Shown: piece by piece, positions 1 to 14,485 of the stretch | Position numbering within the stretch: the stretch's first letter is position 1 | Layout: each line of letters opens with the position of its first letter | Assembly: GCA_013239625.1 (NCBI GenBank) | Contig: MU053645.1 | Location: 736,274-800,273 of the forward strand | Length of the DNA stretch: 64,000 nt | Source of the DNA: Lama guanicoe | Lineage: Eukaryota | Direction: 5' to 3' | Translations under genes and position numbers: made by a program | Notes under the pieces: model-generated | What the model saw: the letters and a program-made list of their open reading frames with translations, nothing else | What the model was told of the DNA's origin: nothing | The model's database searches: none

Positions 1-390
1 GAGAATGTCATTCTAAGTGAAGTAAGCCAGAAAGAGAAAGAAAAATACCATATGAGATCACTCATATGTGGAATAAAAAAAACCCACACAAACAAAGCAT
101 AAATACAAAACAGAAATAGACTCATAGACAGAGAATACAAACTTGTGGTTGCCAAGGGGGTGGAGGGTGGGGAGGGATAGACTGGGATTTCAAAATTGTA
201 GAATAGATAAACAAGATTATACTGTATAGCACAGGGAAATAAATACAGGATCTTATGGTAGCTCACGGAGAAAAAAATGTGACAATGAATATATATATGT
301 TTATGTATAACTGAAAAATTGTGCTCTACACTGGAATTTGATACAACATTGTAAAATGATTATAAATCAATAAAGAAGGTTTTAAAAAAG
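1..390 (+). mobile_element. LINE-1 3' end (lineage-specific L1), continues past the window start
   Basis: CTAAGTGAAGTAAGCCAGAAAGAGAAAGAAAAATACCATATG L1 ORF2-end/3' UTR motif, AATAAA and an A-rich tail. Confidence 0.9.
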
Positions 391-819
391 AATTCAACTG
401 GTGTAGTCATAAGCAATGTCATCTAATTGTTCAAACATGAAAAAAAAAAGTTCAAAAAGAAAAAAGAATTCTGAATTAAAAAATACATCCCCATCAGTCT
501 TGCTAAATACAGTGAATGTAGGAAAAAAAAAAGGAAAAAGAACAGTCCTGTGCCTCAAGCAGAGAAGTCTCTTACAGGTGTCCCACAATTAATTTTGTAT
601 CTGAGGCTTTGATAAATTAGGTCTAAATGTTAGAAATTAATTTTTACCTCCCTAGTGTGGAATATCAACCATAATAAAGGATCAATCTTATTATCCAGCA
701 ACAGTAGCTTACAGTGTATATGTGTGTATATTCTATATATGTGTATGTATCTTTCCTAGCTAAGACGACTTCCTAGGTGCCCTTCCTATAGTGACAAGAC
801 CTTGAAATTATATCTCCAG

Positions 820-2150
820 TACTGACTTCTTTCCAAACTCCAGATTCATATATCCAATTATATATTTTACTTCTGCACTTGAATATCTAAAACATATTTT
901 AAATTTATCATATCACAAACTGAACTCTTCACTCAACTTTTAGCCTCAACACTCCAAAATTTTCACCCACTAGTTTTCTCTATTTTAGTAAATAGTGTCC
1001 CCATCCTACTCAACTGGTTAAGCAAGGGAACCTAAGAGTCATCCCTTAATGCTCTCTTTCCCTTCACCTCTTCATATCCAGTCCACTAAGAAGTCCTGTC
1101 CATTCTCCTGCCAAATTATATTCCAAATTTATCCAGTTCTTTCCATGCCCACTGCTACCATTCTAGTCTAATCAATTATCATCCTTTGAAGGGACTATTG
1201 TAACAACTACTGAATTGTCTCCCTGTCTTCATTCTTGCCACCCATTTTCTAGTAGTAGCCAGAGGGATAATTTAAAAATGCAAGGCACATTGTGTCACTA
1301 CTCTGCTTAGTTTTCCAATGGCTTCCCATTATGCTTAGAATAACATTTTAACTTCTTATCCCATTCTAAAGGCTCCATGTGCTCTAGTCCCTAATACCCC
1401 TCTGCTTTAGTCCCCACAGGCTGCTACAACAAAATGCCACAGACTGGATTGCTAATAAGTAACAGAAATTTCTCTCTTACAGTTAGGGAGGCTAGGAGGT
1501 CCTCCCTACCTCGGCAGATTCGGTGTCTAGTGAGGGCCCACTGCCTGGTTCACAGATGGCTATCTTCTCACTGTACCCTCACATATTTTCAAGTGGCAAA
1601 AGAGACAAGAGAGCTCTCCGGGGTCTCTTTTCTAAGGGCACTAATCCCATTCCTTAGGGTTCGTCTCTCATGACCAAATCATCTCCCAAAGGCCCCACCT
1701 CCAAATACATCACATTGGGCATTAAGTTTCAACACACAAATGTTGGGAGGGACATAAATATTCATTCCATAGCACTGTCCCACCTCATCTCCTACTACCC
1801 AACTTCTTGCTCTCTGTGGCCCAGCCACACTGGCTTTCATTTTGTTCCTCTGAAGAGCAAAGAACATTATGACCTCAGGGCTTTTACACAGCAGTTCCCT
1901 TTTGTCTGTCTGGTATGCTTTTCTACTCAGATCTCTCACTTTCATAGAGACCTCTGCTCACATGTTACCTCCCCAAAAAGAACTTCCCTTTGCCTTATTT
2001 TTATTTTTAGCATTTATCACTATCTTTCTATATTACATTTGTTTATTGTTTGTCTTCACTACAGTAAGGACAGGTCCATGAAAGTGTATATAGTTTTGTT
2101 CAGTGCTGTATCCCTAGTAAGAACCCAATAAACATTTGCTAAGTGAATGA
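820..2150 (+). mobile_element. L2 3' fragment interrupted by an MLT1 LTR
   Basis: CAGATTCATATATCCAA...ACTGAACTC L2 motifs and the terminal AATAAACATTTGCTAAGTGAATGAA. Confidence 0.7.
1403..1774 (-). mobile_element. MaLR solo LTR (MLT1-like)
   Basis: TG...CA ends. GGCTGCTACAACAAAATGCCACAGACTGG and CCAAAGGCCCCACCTCCAAATACATCACATTGG are typical MLT1 motifs. Confidence 0.8.
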
Positions 2151-3613
2151 AATTTGCACAGTAAATAATCTTAGGACTAAATGTTAGAAAATACGTGAAC
2201 CAGACCAGTCCCATATTTTTATAGGAGCAGTGCCTTTAGCCAAAACAACTGAGAGAGATCAAATGGCATATTAAAGGTGACAGAATTTTCTGGTGACAGA
2301 GCCAAGACTAGTGTTGAGGTCTTCTGATTCCTAGCCCAGTGCTCTTCCTTTTGTTCCATTCTGTCTCATGCTGTCAGCAACAGTGAGAAAGATACCGGGG
2401 AAATACTCTGCTGAATTATATAATGTCATACTGCTTAGATGCAAAAAAGGTCCTGAACTGTGGCATGAATTCAGGACTCTTATTTATTCAACAGCTGTTT
2501 ACTGACCGTCGGCCATATGCAAGGCACTGTTTCCATTGCAGGTGTGAACAAGAAGTGACTCTAGAAAAGAGAATAACCAAATTTACTGCAAGACAGACTG
2601 TGACGAGTCTCACACGGGTAGTAAAAAATATTATGTGAGTCCAGAGAAGGAATTAATTATGCATAGCTGATTTGGGATTATAAAAGTCTTGATAGAGGAG
2701 GTAATATTTGACACGGGCCTTAAAGGATGAGAACGGCAAGTAAATGGGGAATGACATGAACAAAGGCATGAGGGAGTGAAAATGCGTGTATTCTGGAAAG
2801 AGCAAGTAGTACGATTAAGCTGATCCATGGGTTTTCTGTGGTGCTACAGTAATCAGTCAAGTCGAAAAGATAGTTTGGGGCAAGAATATAAAAGGCTTTG
2901 CAAATCGGACTAAACCAAGAGTTTGGACTTCATTTCATGGGGGTTCAACCATCATTTGCTGAATGGATATTCAATAAATGAATGGAGGATTATTCCTTCT
3001 TTTGCAAAAGAGGAATGACATAATGTGAGCAGCACTTTAGAAAGATTATGCTGGAAGCTAGATATAAAACGGATTGGTAGTGCAGTTTTGTGATTGGTGG
3101 AGAAATCAGGGGAGGGCATTCAAGGCAGAGGCAACAATATGAACACACCACAAAGGAAGTAACAAACAGTATATGTGGGTGAGATTAATCAATCTAACTT
3201 GAACATGAGGAGTTGTAGAGCATGAAGTTGGATAGGAAGGGTCCAGATAAATTATAGAAGACCTTGAAATCTAAAGCACATACTTTAGGCATAAACTATA
3301 TGCTTTATACACAGAAGACATATAGGTCAGTTTGGAGGTTAGAAATGGACCAGGCAAGAGATAAAGAGGCCCTGAAAAGGAAAGTGGTGATGGGACTTTT
3401 CAACTAATATTCATATAAATCATGTAGACTATGACAATTTACATGGGAAGAAAAAAGATTATCTAATTCAGTGCTCTTCTCTAGATCAGAAACTTCCAAC
3501 TTTTTTTTTACCACAAGCCATAATAGTAAATATATGTTATGTCATGACTCAATGCACACACATGTGCAATGTACATACACAACTGAAATAAAATTTCACA
3601 TTCTCTTATCTAC

Positions 3614-4053
3614 TGTCGACTGAAATAAAATGCACAACTTATAAATTGACAGTTATGTTTTATTCGGTGGACTTCTAAGGATTCAATCCTGAGACACAGC
3701 ATCTCAGATTGCTCTAAGAGGCTGTTCCAAAGTGGCAAGGTAGAAGCCAAGATATGTGAGTTTTCACAACAAAGACTAGGTAGTCAGAACATCAAAAGAT
3801 AACTGTGAATTAAAGAAAGCCAGATATCTCAAGTTAAGGAATTTAGCATTTTGCTATGTATGAGAAGGTGCAAAGGTCTGGGCTCATTGAAATCATTCCT
3901 TTGATATATCCCTAGCTATCTAGGGCCAGCATTCTTTGCTTCCACATCCTGAGTTCCCTCTGCTCACTGTTGAGAGTGGTGGTAGCGGCTGATGACTTGA
4001 TGGCCACAGTATCCTTTGTTTACTAATACGGCTGGCAATATTTTTCATTCACA
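3614..4053 (-). mobile_element. ERV1-type solo LTR (MER41-related artiodactyl family, tentative)
   Basis: 440 bp with TGT...ACA ends, TTTATT (minus-strand polyA signal) near 3658, and near-matching CTAC/CTGC flanks. Confidence 0.65.
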
Positions 4054-5208
4054 CTGCAAAGCTATTCTATTTTCTATTTCAGTTAAAATATCAATCACAA
4101 CCTTTGACACTGATTTATAACTGACTAATGAGTCAAATTCCACTGCTTGAAAAATATTTCCCTAGATTTAGTCCTAGTTATTTGGATGTCACTAACTCAC
4201 GTATACCTCCAGGTCACAGGAGTGACTTTTTACTTGTTTAACTATCTACCAAAGTTAATCAATTTGACCTAAAGCAAATAATTCAGAGCCTGGAGAAACT
4301 ATGTCTTTAGAAATCTATCTCTTACAAATGCTATCATTTGAAAACACACTCCCATACCTCACATCAGACTCAACAAACTCAGGTCTAGTCACTCTAGACC
4401 AAACACACCCCTGCCGGAGTAATCTGCCTACATCTTCCACGGTTTTCTAGTGTCTGGTCCAAAAAGCCTCAAGTATATGTTTTAGCTTTCAAGGTCCTCC
4501 ATAATTTATCATCACCCTTCCTATTCAACTTCAACTTCCACAACTCCTCACGTTCAAGTTAGATTGATTAATCTCATAAACATATACTGTTTGTTCCTTC
4601 CTCTGTAGTGTACTCATACTGTTGCCTCTGCCTTGAATGCCCTCCTCTGATTTCTCCACCAATCACAAAAATGCCTGCCCTAGCCCATCTACTTCAGGTG
4701 ATGTCTTCTGCTAATCACCCTGCCTCAGACTGAATTGCTTTAACACACACACACACACACACAAAACCACGGAATGTTTGACTTTACCATCATGTGCTAA
4801 TTATTTCAACTCTGTTAGATTTACCTCCATAACCTGAGATAACATAATTAGTGGAAAAAGCATAAACTTTGGAGCCAAATAGACCTAAGTTTAAATCTGG
4901 AACCTGCCATTTACCAGTCATACCTCCTTTGGTAAATTACTTCTGTAAGCCTTAAAGCACACATTCATTAAGTACCAAGAATAGTACCTACTTCACAAAG
5001 TTATTTTGAGCATTTACATGAAATAACATGCAAAAGATCTAGTATAATGCCTGATATGACACAACTATTTTCTCTTGAACATTCTTTCACTAAACACAAG
5101 TTTCATGTCTTACACAGTATCTAACAGAGGGTTGAGTACAAAGGAGATACTTATTAAAATCTGGTTACTTACTGATCAATCAATTCACTCTTTCCCACTA
5201 GCACTGTA

Positions 5209-6047
5209 CAGTAGTCCCCTCTTTTCTGTGGTTTTACTTCCTATGGTTTCATTTACCTGTAGTCAACTGCAGCCCAAAAATATTAAATGGAAAATTCCAG
5301 AAATAAAAAATTAATTCGTTTTAAATTATGTGCTGTTCTAAGTAATGTGATGAAATCTCCAGCTGACCTGCTCCATCCCACCCAGGATGTAAATTATCCC
5401 TTTGTCCAGCATATCCAGCCCTTCAGTCACTCAATAGCCATAGAGGTTATCAGATTGACTGTTTGCAGTGCTTATGCTCAAATAAACTTTATTTTACTTA
5501 GTAATGGCCCTAAACCTCAAGAGTAGTGATGCTGGCAATTCGGATATGCCAATGAGAAGCCATAAAGTGTCTCCTTCAAGTGAAAAGGTGAAAATTCTCA
5601 ACTCATTAAAGAAAGAAAGAAAAAAATCACACACTGAAGTTTGCTAAGATCTACGGTAAGAGCAATTTGTCTATTCATGAAATTGTGTAGAAGGAAAAAG
5701 AAATTCATGTTTGTTTTGCTGTTGCACCGCAAACTGCAAAAGTTATAGCCACCGTGTATGATAAATGCTTAGTTAAGATTAAAAAGTCATTAAATTTGTA
5801 CAATAAGATATTTTGAGAGACCACATTCACATAACTTTTATTACAGTATATTGCAATAATCATTCTATTTTTATTATTACTTATTATTGTGAATCTTTTA
5901 CTGTGCATAATTTATAAGTTAAACTTTATCAAGGTACATACATACAGGGAAAAAAACACAGGATTTATAGTGTTTAGTACTATCTGCAGTTTCGGGCATC
6001 CATTAGGGGTCTTGGAAAGTATTCCCCACAGATAAGGGGAACTACTG
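5209..6047 (+). mobile_element. MER44/Tigger7-type non-autonomous DNA transposon
   Basis: Terminal inverted repeats CAGTAGTCCCCT ... AGGGGAACTACTG, TA at the left junction, and internal AAATATTAAATGGAAAATTCCAGAAATAAA. Confidence 0.85.
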
Positions 6048-9000
6048 TGTCTAACTAAATTAAATTCCTCCAGTCGGTGTAGCCAACTAAAGAGTGAAGC
6101 AAGAAATAAAAGTAAGTCATTTTACTTTTTCATTTGGCTTACTTTTGTTGAAAATGAGCAATGAGAGGTTCCCAAAGATGTTTTGAGAAATAAATCTAGG
6201 AGACACACATTAAGAAAGCAGTGCTTTCCTCTCATCACCTTTTGTGCTGCTGTGAACCTTCCTCTACTCTCTTCAGCAGTTTCCTTTGTGTTCTCTGCAG
6301 ACTACCTTGCACCAGGGGACTCAAGACATACAGGCCAATTGTTTGGTTGCAATGTATGTTAGAAAATGTTCACATCTGTGTTGGGTGAGAAGCTCCGTCA
6401 TATTAAAAAAAAAAGTAATTCTAATGCAATCCCATTCTCTCACTGAATAGGGTCATTTCTGAAATTACTCCAGTTATTACTAAACTCCAGGATTTTTTTT
6501 TAAATAAAAGTCTACAGAAATTTCCTCTTGCCTCAGCTCCAAAAAAGCAGAGCTCTGTTGAACGGAAAATGCAGGATCTTGAGGAACTTGTCCACTGAAC
6601 TGTGGAAATGGTGACAGATCCATGAACAACATGTCCCATTGTTTTCCTTTGAAACCGCACATCACTTAGACGTAGACAAAGTTTTTCATTATATTATGTT
6701 CTACTGTTGAAATTTGCTTTTGCTAAACTCTCTAGTTTTAGTTACATCATGTTACAAACAGTTCAATCACTGTGATGAACACATGCTAAGCTAACTTCTT
6801 ACATAGCTCAATTGGCTCGGTTACTGCTTTGAAGCTAAATATCACAGCTGAAAGGGTCCTTAGAATCTGAGTTACTGAGCTCATTCCTAAAGGGCAAATT
6901 GAAAGTTTACATTAATTTGTCTAAGAATTATATTTAGAAATTTAAAAATTGCCTGTTCCAAGATGCCAAGGTTCTCTTGAAAGAAGCGAAGGTATACTGT
7001 TCACAGAAAAGTAAAATGTAATCATTTTGAAATATATGAAAACAAGTTTAACACCAATCATAAGATAAATACACCTACAATGAGATATGATGTTTCTCCC
7101 ATATGGTTGGCAAAGAGCAAAACGTTTGAGGAAAAACGCTGTGCTGACAAAGTTTTGGGGAATCAAGTATTTGGGGATGCCTGTTGATATCATTATATAC
7201 ATGTATAAAATCCCTGTAAGGGGAACTGCTGGATATTTGTTAATATCACCATAGATTTTTATCAGTATTATTATGAAAATAGTTTTGAACTTGTATGGAT
7301 CCCAGAAAAGGGTCTTGGGGCTAAGTATCTGTGGTCCATACTACGAGAAACACTATTACATGCAATAGAATATTTATGGAACATATCCAAGAAATTGGGG
7401 AAAAAATGACTGCGTCTGAGTAAAGTGTTGGAGGTACAGGGAGACTTTTCAGTGTATACATAGTTGTAGTTTTTTTTTTGTTGTGTGCAAGTATTGCATA
7501 TTCAAAAATAAATAACACTGGTAGAGGTATTCTCTTTGCTTCCTTAATGAAACTAAGTGACTTCACCAATAATTCTTAACTGAACAAAAGGCCTATTTTT
7601 GAGAATTGTGGCTTATATCCCTGATGACTTTGTGATCATTTCATAAATGCCACAAATCCATCATGACAGATTGAAAAGCATTATGATTCAGTTGAACATG
7701 TGCCTTCACACTAAAGTTTTACCCTTGTTTTTACTGACTTTCTGTCAGTTAACGAAGAGTAAAAAAATTTTCAAAGCCCAGAGGAAGGCCTTTTGCCACT
7801 GAAAATATATACCTCTAATATATCTGTTCCAAAAGATTCTTATTTCTTTTTTTTTCTAAAGCACAAAATGTTGTACAAAGGTCCTAGTGAACTCAGTTCT
7901 CAAACATCCTGTTCTATGTAAGAGGCTTCGACGAGTAGCGAGTCAGCAGAAAATGTAATAATTCATATTTTAAATAGTTTCGATTTTGATCAAGCCTAGA
8001 GGAGGCTTTAAATAGGGAGAAATGGTCTTTATGAGTGACTAAGGGCCCAGCTGTGGATCTCATTTGATGGCCCTTCAGAGCCATGTGTCCCAGCACTTGA
8101 TCCACTTTTGCCTTAGCAAAAGAGAAATGTTCCTATTAGCAAAGTAAAGTTCGATGAACTTGGAAGGTTCACTTAGAGGAAAATCTAACTCCATCAGGTA
8201 TTAGTGAAGCATCTGGTTTTTCAGTATTCACTTCTCTCATGTAAAAATACTCAACTCTAATCAAATGTGAGCAAGAGATCTGTACACCTTCTGACATATT
8301 CAATACTTGAACTTCAATGATCTAGGAGACTTTGGCATAACCATCAAACTCAATAAGCCAAAGCAGAAAATTAGAAAGTTATTCACTTGACTTCTCTTCC
8401 CTCTTCCCAGTTTGTCACCACCAAGTCCTCTAATGTAGCAATCTTCCCCCCCTTTAAAAGTCTTCAATAGCAATGAATCAACTACAAGACAAACATCTAA
8501 GTTCCTTAGCACGGCACCCAGGACCCTGAATCATTTGGCCGTTTGCCTATCTCTCCAGCCCTTCTCCATCTGCCTACTTGATAAATTACAACCTACTTTT
8601 CAAAACAATGTTCAGATGTTTCAGCTATATGAAGCATTTCTGGATAAATTTTGCTTTTGTTTACTGGACCTTTATTATCACTGAATTTTCTTTGTCAAAA
8701 GCCATCCCCTTTGCAAAGCCTTCCACTATGCTCCATCTCCACCCAAGATGAATTTTGGGGCCCATAATATTTTGTTCATACTTCTACTGCAGCACTAAAC
8801 ATAGTATATTATCATTGTTAATGCATCTCATTTATCTACCATATCTAAAGACAGAGATCAAATCTTATCTACCTTTGGGTTTTAGCACCTGGCACACAAA
8901 AAAACGTTGCCTGGCACACAATAGGCTCTTAAGTAAACGTTAATAAAGGAATGAAAAAAATACTCTCAAGGACAAAAACCTAAAAAGGCAGTGTGGTATA

Positions 9001-9099
9001 ATGAAAGGAGCACAGATTTAAGGATTAAGATTTTATCAGATAGCAATGGCCATGTTTCTGAATCAAAAGGTCAATTCTGATACCTACCTTACATGACCA

Positions 9100-10192
9100 G
9101 TCAACAGCATTCAACACAGTCCTCACTCTTCTCTTTTTGATTTACTATGTTTACTTACTCCCTCTTGGTTTTCCTCCTGCTCCACTGGATGCTTTTCCTC
9201 AGTCTCCTCAGCAGTTTCCCTTTTACATCCACAGCCTCTAATGCCAGGTTTGTATTCACAGTTCAGAACTTAGACCTCTTCCGTTATCTAACTACATGTC
9301 TCAGGGATCTCATGGATTTGCTTACCATTTATATTCTGGTCACCCCCAAATTAATTTCTCCATGGTGAACTTCTTCCTTCAAATCATATACTCAACTGCC
9401 CGTCTAACATCTCCACTTCGATGTCTAACGAACATCTCAAATGAAACAGGTACAAAACCAAACTCCTGATCCATCGTCTTCCCCATCTCAATAATCAACA
9501 ACTCCACTCTTTTAGTTTTACAGGCCATGTGACTTGTTTCTTTCTCTTATACACATTCACATTCAATTTATCCAAAAATCTGTTGGCTCTACCTTCAAAA
9601 TACAGCCAGAATTCTGTCACTTTCTATTCTCCTTGCTGCTAACATTCCAGTCCAAGCCACCATCCTCTTCCCTCTGGACTATAGGCATAGCCTCTTAATT
9701 GGCTTCCGTGTTCCAGTACTTGCCCCTTCAGTCTGAATTCCACCCAGGGTATAGAAACTACCTTGTAAAATATACCAGACCATGCCAAGCCTCTGCTCAA
9801 AAACCTCCAATGACTTTTCATCTGTGAGTAAAAGCCAAAATCCTTATGATGGCCTACACAGCCCTACACCTCCTCTCTGACAGCATCTTCTAATTCCCCT
9901 CTTTTTCTCCACTCTGCTTCAGCTCCTGGGGCCTCCTTATTATTCAGTGAATCCCAAAGGCTTCCACCCAGGGCCTTTGCCCTTACTATCCCTCTGCCGA
10001 ACACAGTCTTTTCCGAGGAATCAACATGGCTAACTCCCTCACTTCTGCCAGGTCTGTTCAAGTACAACCTTATAAGTGAGGATTTACCTGACCATTCTGT
10101 GTAATATAGTCAAAATTCCCTACTATCTTGCTTTATTTCTCTCCATAACACACCTCTCCTCCGCTTCTCTCTTTCTCTCTCACACACACGCG

Positions 10193-10228
<36 letters not shown>

Positions 10229-10380
10229 GCTCATTTGTTTGTTGTCTATCTTCCTATCTTGTACACTCCATGAAGGAAGTTGGGTCTTTTTAGCCACTGC
10301 TAAATCTTAACCCCCTAGAACAACACCCAGGGTACAGTAGATGCTCAGTAAATATTTGTTGATTGAATGGGTGAATGAAC
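9100..10380 (+). mobile_element. L2 3' fragment containing a (CA)n microsatellite at ~10181-10226
   Basis: ACATCTCCACTTCGATGTCTAA, CCAGTCCAAGCCACCATC and the terminal GCTCAGTAAATATTTGTTGATTGAATG. Confidence 0.8.
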
Positions 10381-10599
10381 ACACTGGCTGTTAACATCAG
10401 GCAAGTTGTTTTACCCCTCTAGATTCCTGTGATCTCCAAAAAATGAGAGTTTTAGACTAAGGTCTCTTCCAGTTTCATCAATCTATGAATTTATAACTTA
10501 ATCTTCTGAATCTATCTCAGGTCTCCTTAGTACACTACCAGGAAGAGTATGTATCCATAAATACTTATTTATGCTGTATGTTTTGGGATTAGAAGACCC

Positions 10600-10830
10600 T
10601 GCATCTATTAATGGCTCTTCTGTGCTAGGCAGAATTTATATGCAATATCTCTTTTAATCTTCATGATAATCCTATAGGGAATATATTATTGTTCCCAATT
10701 TACAGATAGGGGAAATGGAGGCTCAGAAAAGCTAAGTGCCTTGTTCAAGTTCATATAGCTGGCAAGAGGACAGGACAAGGATTTAAATTCTAGTCTGTAT
10801 GGCAAGTCCTGTGCCCACTCCAATCAACTA
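10600..10830 (-). mobile_element. MIR SINE
   Basis: Core CCCAATTTACAGATAGGGGAAATGGAGGCTCAGAAAAGCTAAGTGCCTTGTTCAAG. Confidence 0.7.
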
Positions 10831-12149
10831 CCCTTGACCTAAGAAAGTTAAAAATGAGAGTTTTAACAAAAAGAAAAAGACCGTACCCATACATAATGGT
10901 AACATAATTTGTATGGAAACAAACTGACAGCCTGTGATGAAGGCCCTTTATTTTGTAGTCCCCCACAGATGATCTTTCCCAGAACTTCCACTTTGGAAAT
11001 AGTACCACCACCATGACCCCAGAAAGCATACTGAAACAAGCATGATGAGATCACCATTTTCCCCTAGTCTAAGCAGTCACTTATATATAGCCATGAGGTT
11101 AGGATATAAGAGTTCCAATTTAAAGTTAAAAAAAAAAGAGGGGAGTGGTTTTCCCCAGTATATTCTCAGAACAATATTCACTAGAAGACATTAAATGTGA
11201 GAGCCATTGGAAAGCCAAATGACTGAGAAAAAGTAGATAAATGGTTTCCTAGGGCCAGGAGTGAAGGGGATTAACTACAACTTTTTCGGGTTACATGGGT
11301 ACATGTGTTTGTCAAAACTCATTAATGGATACATTTTATTGAATGTAAACTCTATCTCAATAAAGTTTATTTAAAAATAAATGAACATAAGAAGAATCTA
11401 TTTGGAAGTTATTTAAATAAAACTTAAGAAAAAAAGGTGCTGCCTTGCACAAAGTCAATTAATTAAATGGAAGTATATAGAAGAAAATTAGAAAATGATG
11501 TTATAATTTACAAAAGTAAATAGCAAACCACCCAGTTTATTTAAAGCAGGATTTAATTTACCCCAATTTGATTTACACATCACTTTTCAGGAGCCTGTTT
11601 TATCTTGTAATGGGAGAGGAACACTTAATAGTCTGCCAAAGATTGAGAAATCAGTCAGTGACGCTAGAAATTGCCTCTTGACCCACAGGAATGGACTATA
11701 CATCCAGGTTGCTTATTGTACTAAGCAGAGGATGGAGATTAGGAAGGGAAAAAGGTGTCTTTTCCCTTTCAAAGATTAATGTCTAGTGAACAGGTCTGAC
11801 AAACTAGTGCACATTTAATCCCAAATAACCCAACTCCATAGGGACCCCTCTTTTCTTTGGCCTCCCCCTACACAGCTCCTTGACTCTGTCCAGCCTGTAG
11901 GTGATTCCCCTCCTCTAGGCTTCCATAGCCCCACTGGCAGACTTCTATCAGATATTTAACCCACAGTTGCACTCCCTATAACCACCTGTTGATTTTCTGT
12001 ACCCCTCTCTGACTAGATTGTGAAATTCTTGAGTATAAGGACCATAATTTACTCATCTCTGAATCTCTCATACCTGTCATGGTACCTAGCTCATAGTGGC
12101 ATGTAGAAAGATTTGTGATCGAATCAACCTTATCATACCTGGACGTTTA

Positions 12150-13015
12150 ATTAAAAGGCACCACAGTCCATCCAAGTTAACAAGCAAGAAACCTAAGCAT
12201 TATGTAGGGACACTCATCTAGTCATCTAATACTTCGTATCTAATCCATCACCAAGTCCTGTTGATTTTACCTTCTAACTAGCTCCTCAAGTCTATCCACT
12301 TCTCTCCACAGCCATGACTTCTACCCTAGTCCAAGTTACTGTCACCTCTAGCCTGGACTAGTGCAACCACATCTATTCTGGACCCCCTCCAATCCATTCT
12401 CCATACTGGAACCATCTGATGATGTCATTGCCATACCCTTCCTTACAATCACTTTAATGACTTTCCATTGCTCTTAGAATAAAAAGGAACTCCTTAGTGG
12501 GGCGTATAGGCCCTGCACTGCCTGCCCCTTAACCACCTCTCCAGCCTTAGCTTGTTCTAGTCTCTTCAACCCTCCCCTCACTTCAGCCAGCTGCAGTTGG
12601 CCTTCTTTTAGCTGCTGGTATTTAGTGTGATCTCTTCACAGAGCACACTCGCACATGCTGATGCTTTTGCTGGAAAAAGCCTTCCATCCTCTCCTTTCCT
12701 AGTTAATGCCCATTTAGCCTTTACATCTCTGCTTAAGCTTCACTTCTTCTAAGGAGCTTTCCCTGAACTCTCATTAGGTGAAATCCCCCTAATACATGTT
12801 CTTTTAACACATGTACCTCTTTCCTTCACACCATTTTCACAACTAAAACTTCATATTAACTTGTGTATTTGTTTAAGGCCTGTTTTTCCCACTAGATTTT
12901 TAAGCTCTTAAAGGTAATAATTGTGTGTGATTTTGCTCCCCACTGCCTTCCTAGAGCTCTGCACAGTACCTGTCTGTCACACAGCAGAATCCCAAATATG
13001 TTTTTAAATAAATAA
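12150..13015 (+). mobile_element. L2 3' fragment
   Basis: ATCCATCACCAAGTCCTGTTGATTTTACC and CTAGTCCAAG..AGCCTGGACTA L2 motifs. Confidence 0.75.
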
Positions 13016-14448
13016 AAGGATACAGCTATACAGAAACAATAGCAAACTGAAGAATACATAGTTCACTTTTAGGAATTTCTATCACTCATTCAACAAATAT
13101 TCTTTAATCTACTCTGTGTCAAGCACTGTGCTAAAGTGATAGGAATGCAAAGGGGCAAGAGATATAATCCCTGTCCTAATGGAACTTACAGCCTAGTTTA
13201 ATGAAAGGGTCATTTTCCCAGCAATTTTATTTATAAAGTTACATTTTCTATAATTCAACTAAGGTACTATTTTTATTGAACAGGTTGTTTGAACTTTCTG
13301 ACTTTTAATGTGTTATTAGGAGCTGTTTTGTTCTAGTGTTGTGTGTTCTACCCTTTGTCAAGTCTTTTCTGCTCTTGAGCTGATTCCACCTGCCAGTCTA
13401 CTGTGCACGGGGGCATTCTCCTCCTTTTCAGCCCACTAAGTAGGTTAGTGACAGTAACAGTAGCAGCAGTGGCAGTATTCATACTAGTAGTTGTAGTCAC
13501 AGGGCCAGCAAAATCGGTATTATTTGATCTGTTATCTCAAATTCTCTCAAGAACTCTGGAAGGTAAAGACATATATAAACAGATGTAAAAGTACAGGCTT
13601 AGCGAAGTTCAATAACGTGTCCAGAGTCACTCAGCAAGTTATTGGTAACATAAGAATTTGAATCCATATCTTTCTGACTTTAAATCCTGTGCTCTTTCCA
13701 CTCACCACACTCTCTCTAGGGCAAGGGAGACTGCTACAATGATTTTCTCAGTTCTGCTTCCTGGCATCTCCCTGCTACTAGACTTTAATGTTCATGAAGT
13801 AGTAGTTTATGAGGTGATTTTGAAGTGCATTATAATCCCTAAGGAAGAATGTATGTTTTGAGGCTCAAAAAACTCTTTGGATTACAAAACTGACTTATGA
13901 ACCAACCAAAAAGGGATAAATATGGAGTTATGTCAGGGTTAGTTTGAAATTGTTCCTCTTTTATCATACATTCTAAGAGTTAGTAAAGAATATAAGCTAA
14001 TGGCTACTGGAAAATGTCAAGAATCCCATATACTTCCACAGTTTTGCTTGAACGACTTTTATAAAGCGGATCAACAGAACTCTCTGAAGGCTTTACATTA
14101 ATTTGACTTACATATTTCAATTATAATCAAGAGATCGATTAAATTTGGCATAAAAAACCCTCTAAGGCAAGACTTAGGACTAAGTTAGAAAGGCACTGCG
14201 GAGTAGTAGAAAGTGACAGAAAGCAACACTGGATTGGGAAAAGTCCCAGTTTATCTACTTCTTAACTCTGTCTTTAGGGCACAAAAGTGAACCTCTCTGG
14301 GTTCTGCTATTTCATCTAAAAGGATGACGGGATCAGATCATATTCTCATCAAAGTCCCTTATAGCTCTTATCTGCTCCTGAAGCTCCAGTTCACAAATGT
14401 TACTGGGTAAATCAAAAGTCTACGTAGCTAGAATTCCAAGCGAGTAGA

Positions 14449-14485
14449 GATCAATCAATCAATCAATCAATCAATTAATTAATTA
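14449..14485. repeat. Compound (ATCA)n(ATTA)n microsatellite
   Basis: Directly visible tandem tetramers. Confidence 0.9.

Noticed and set aside
6421..6665. Short ORFs considered as a further IL1RAPL2 exon
   Set aside because: The translations show no Ig, TM or TIR similarity that I recognise.
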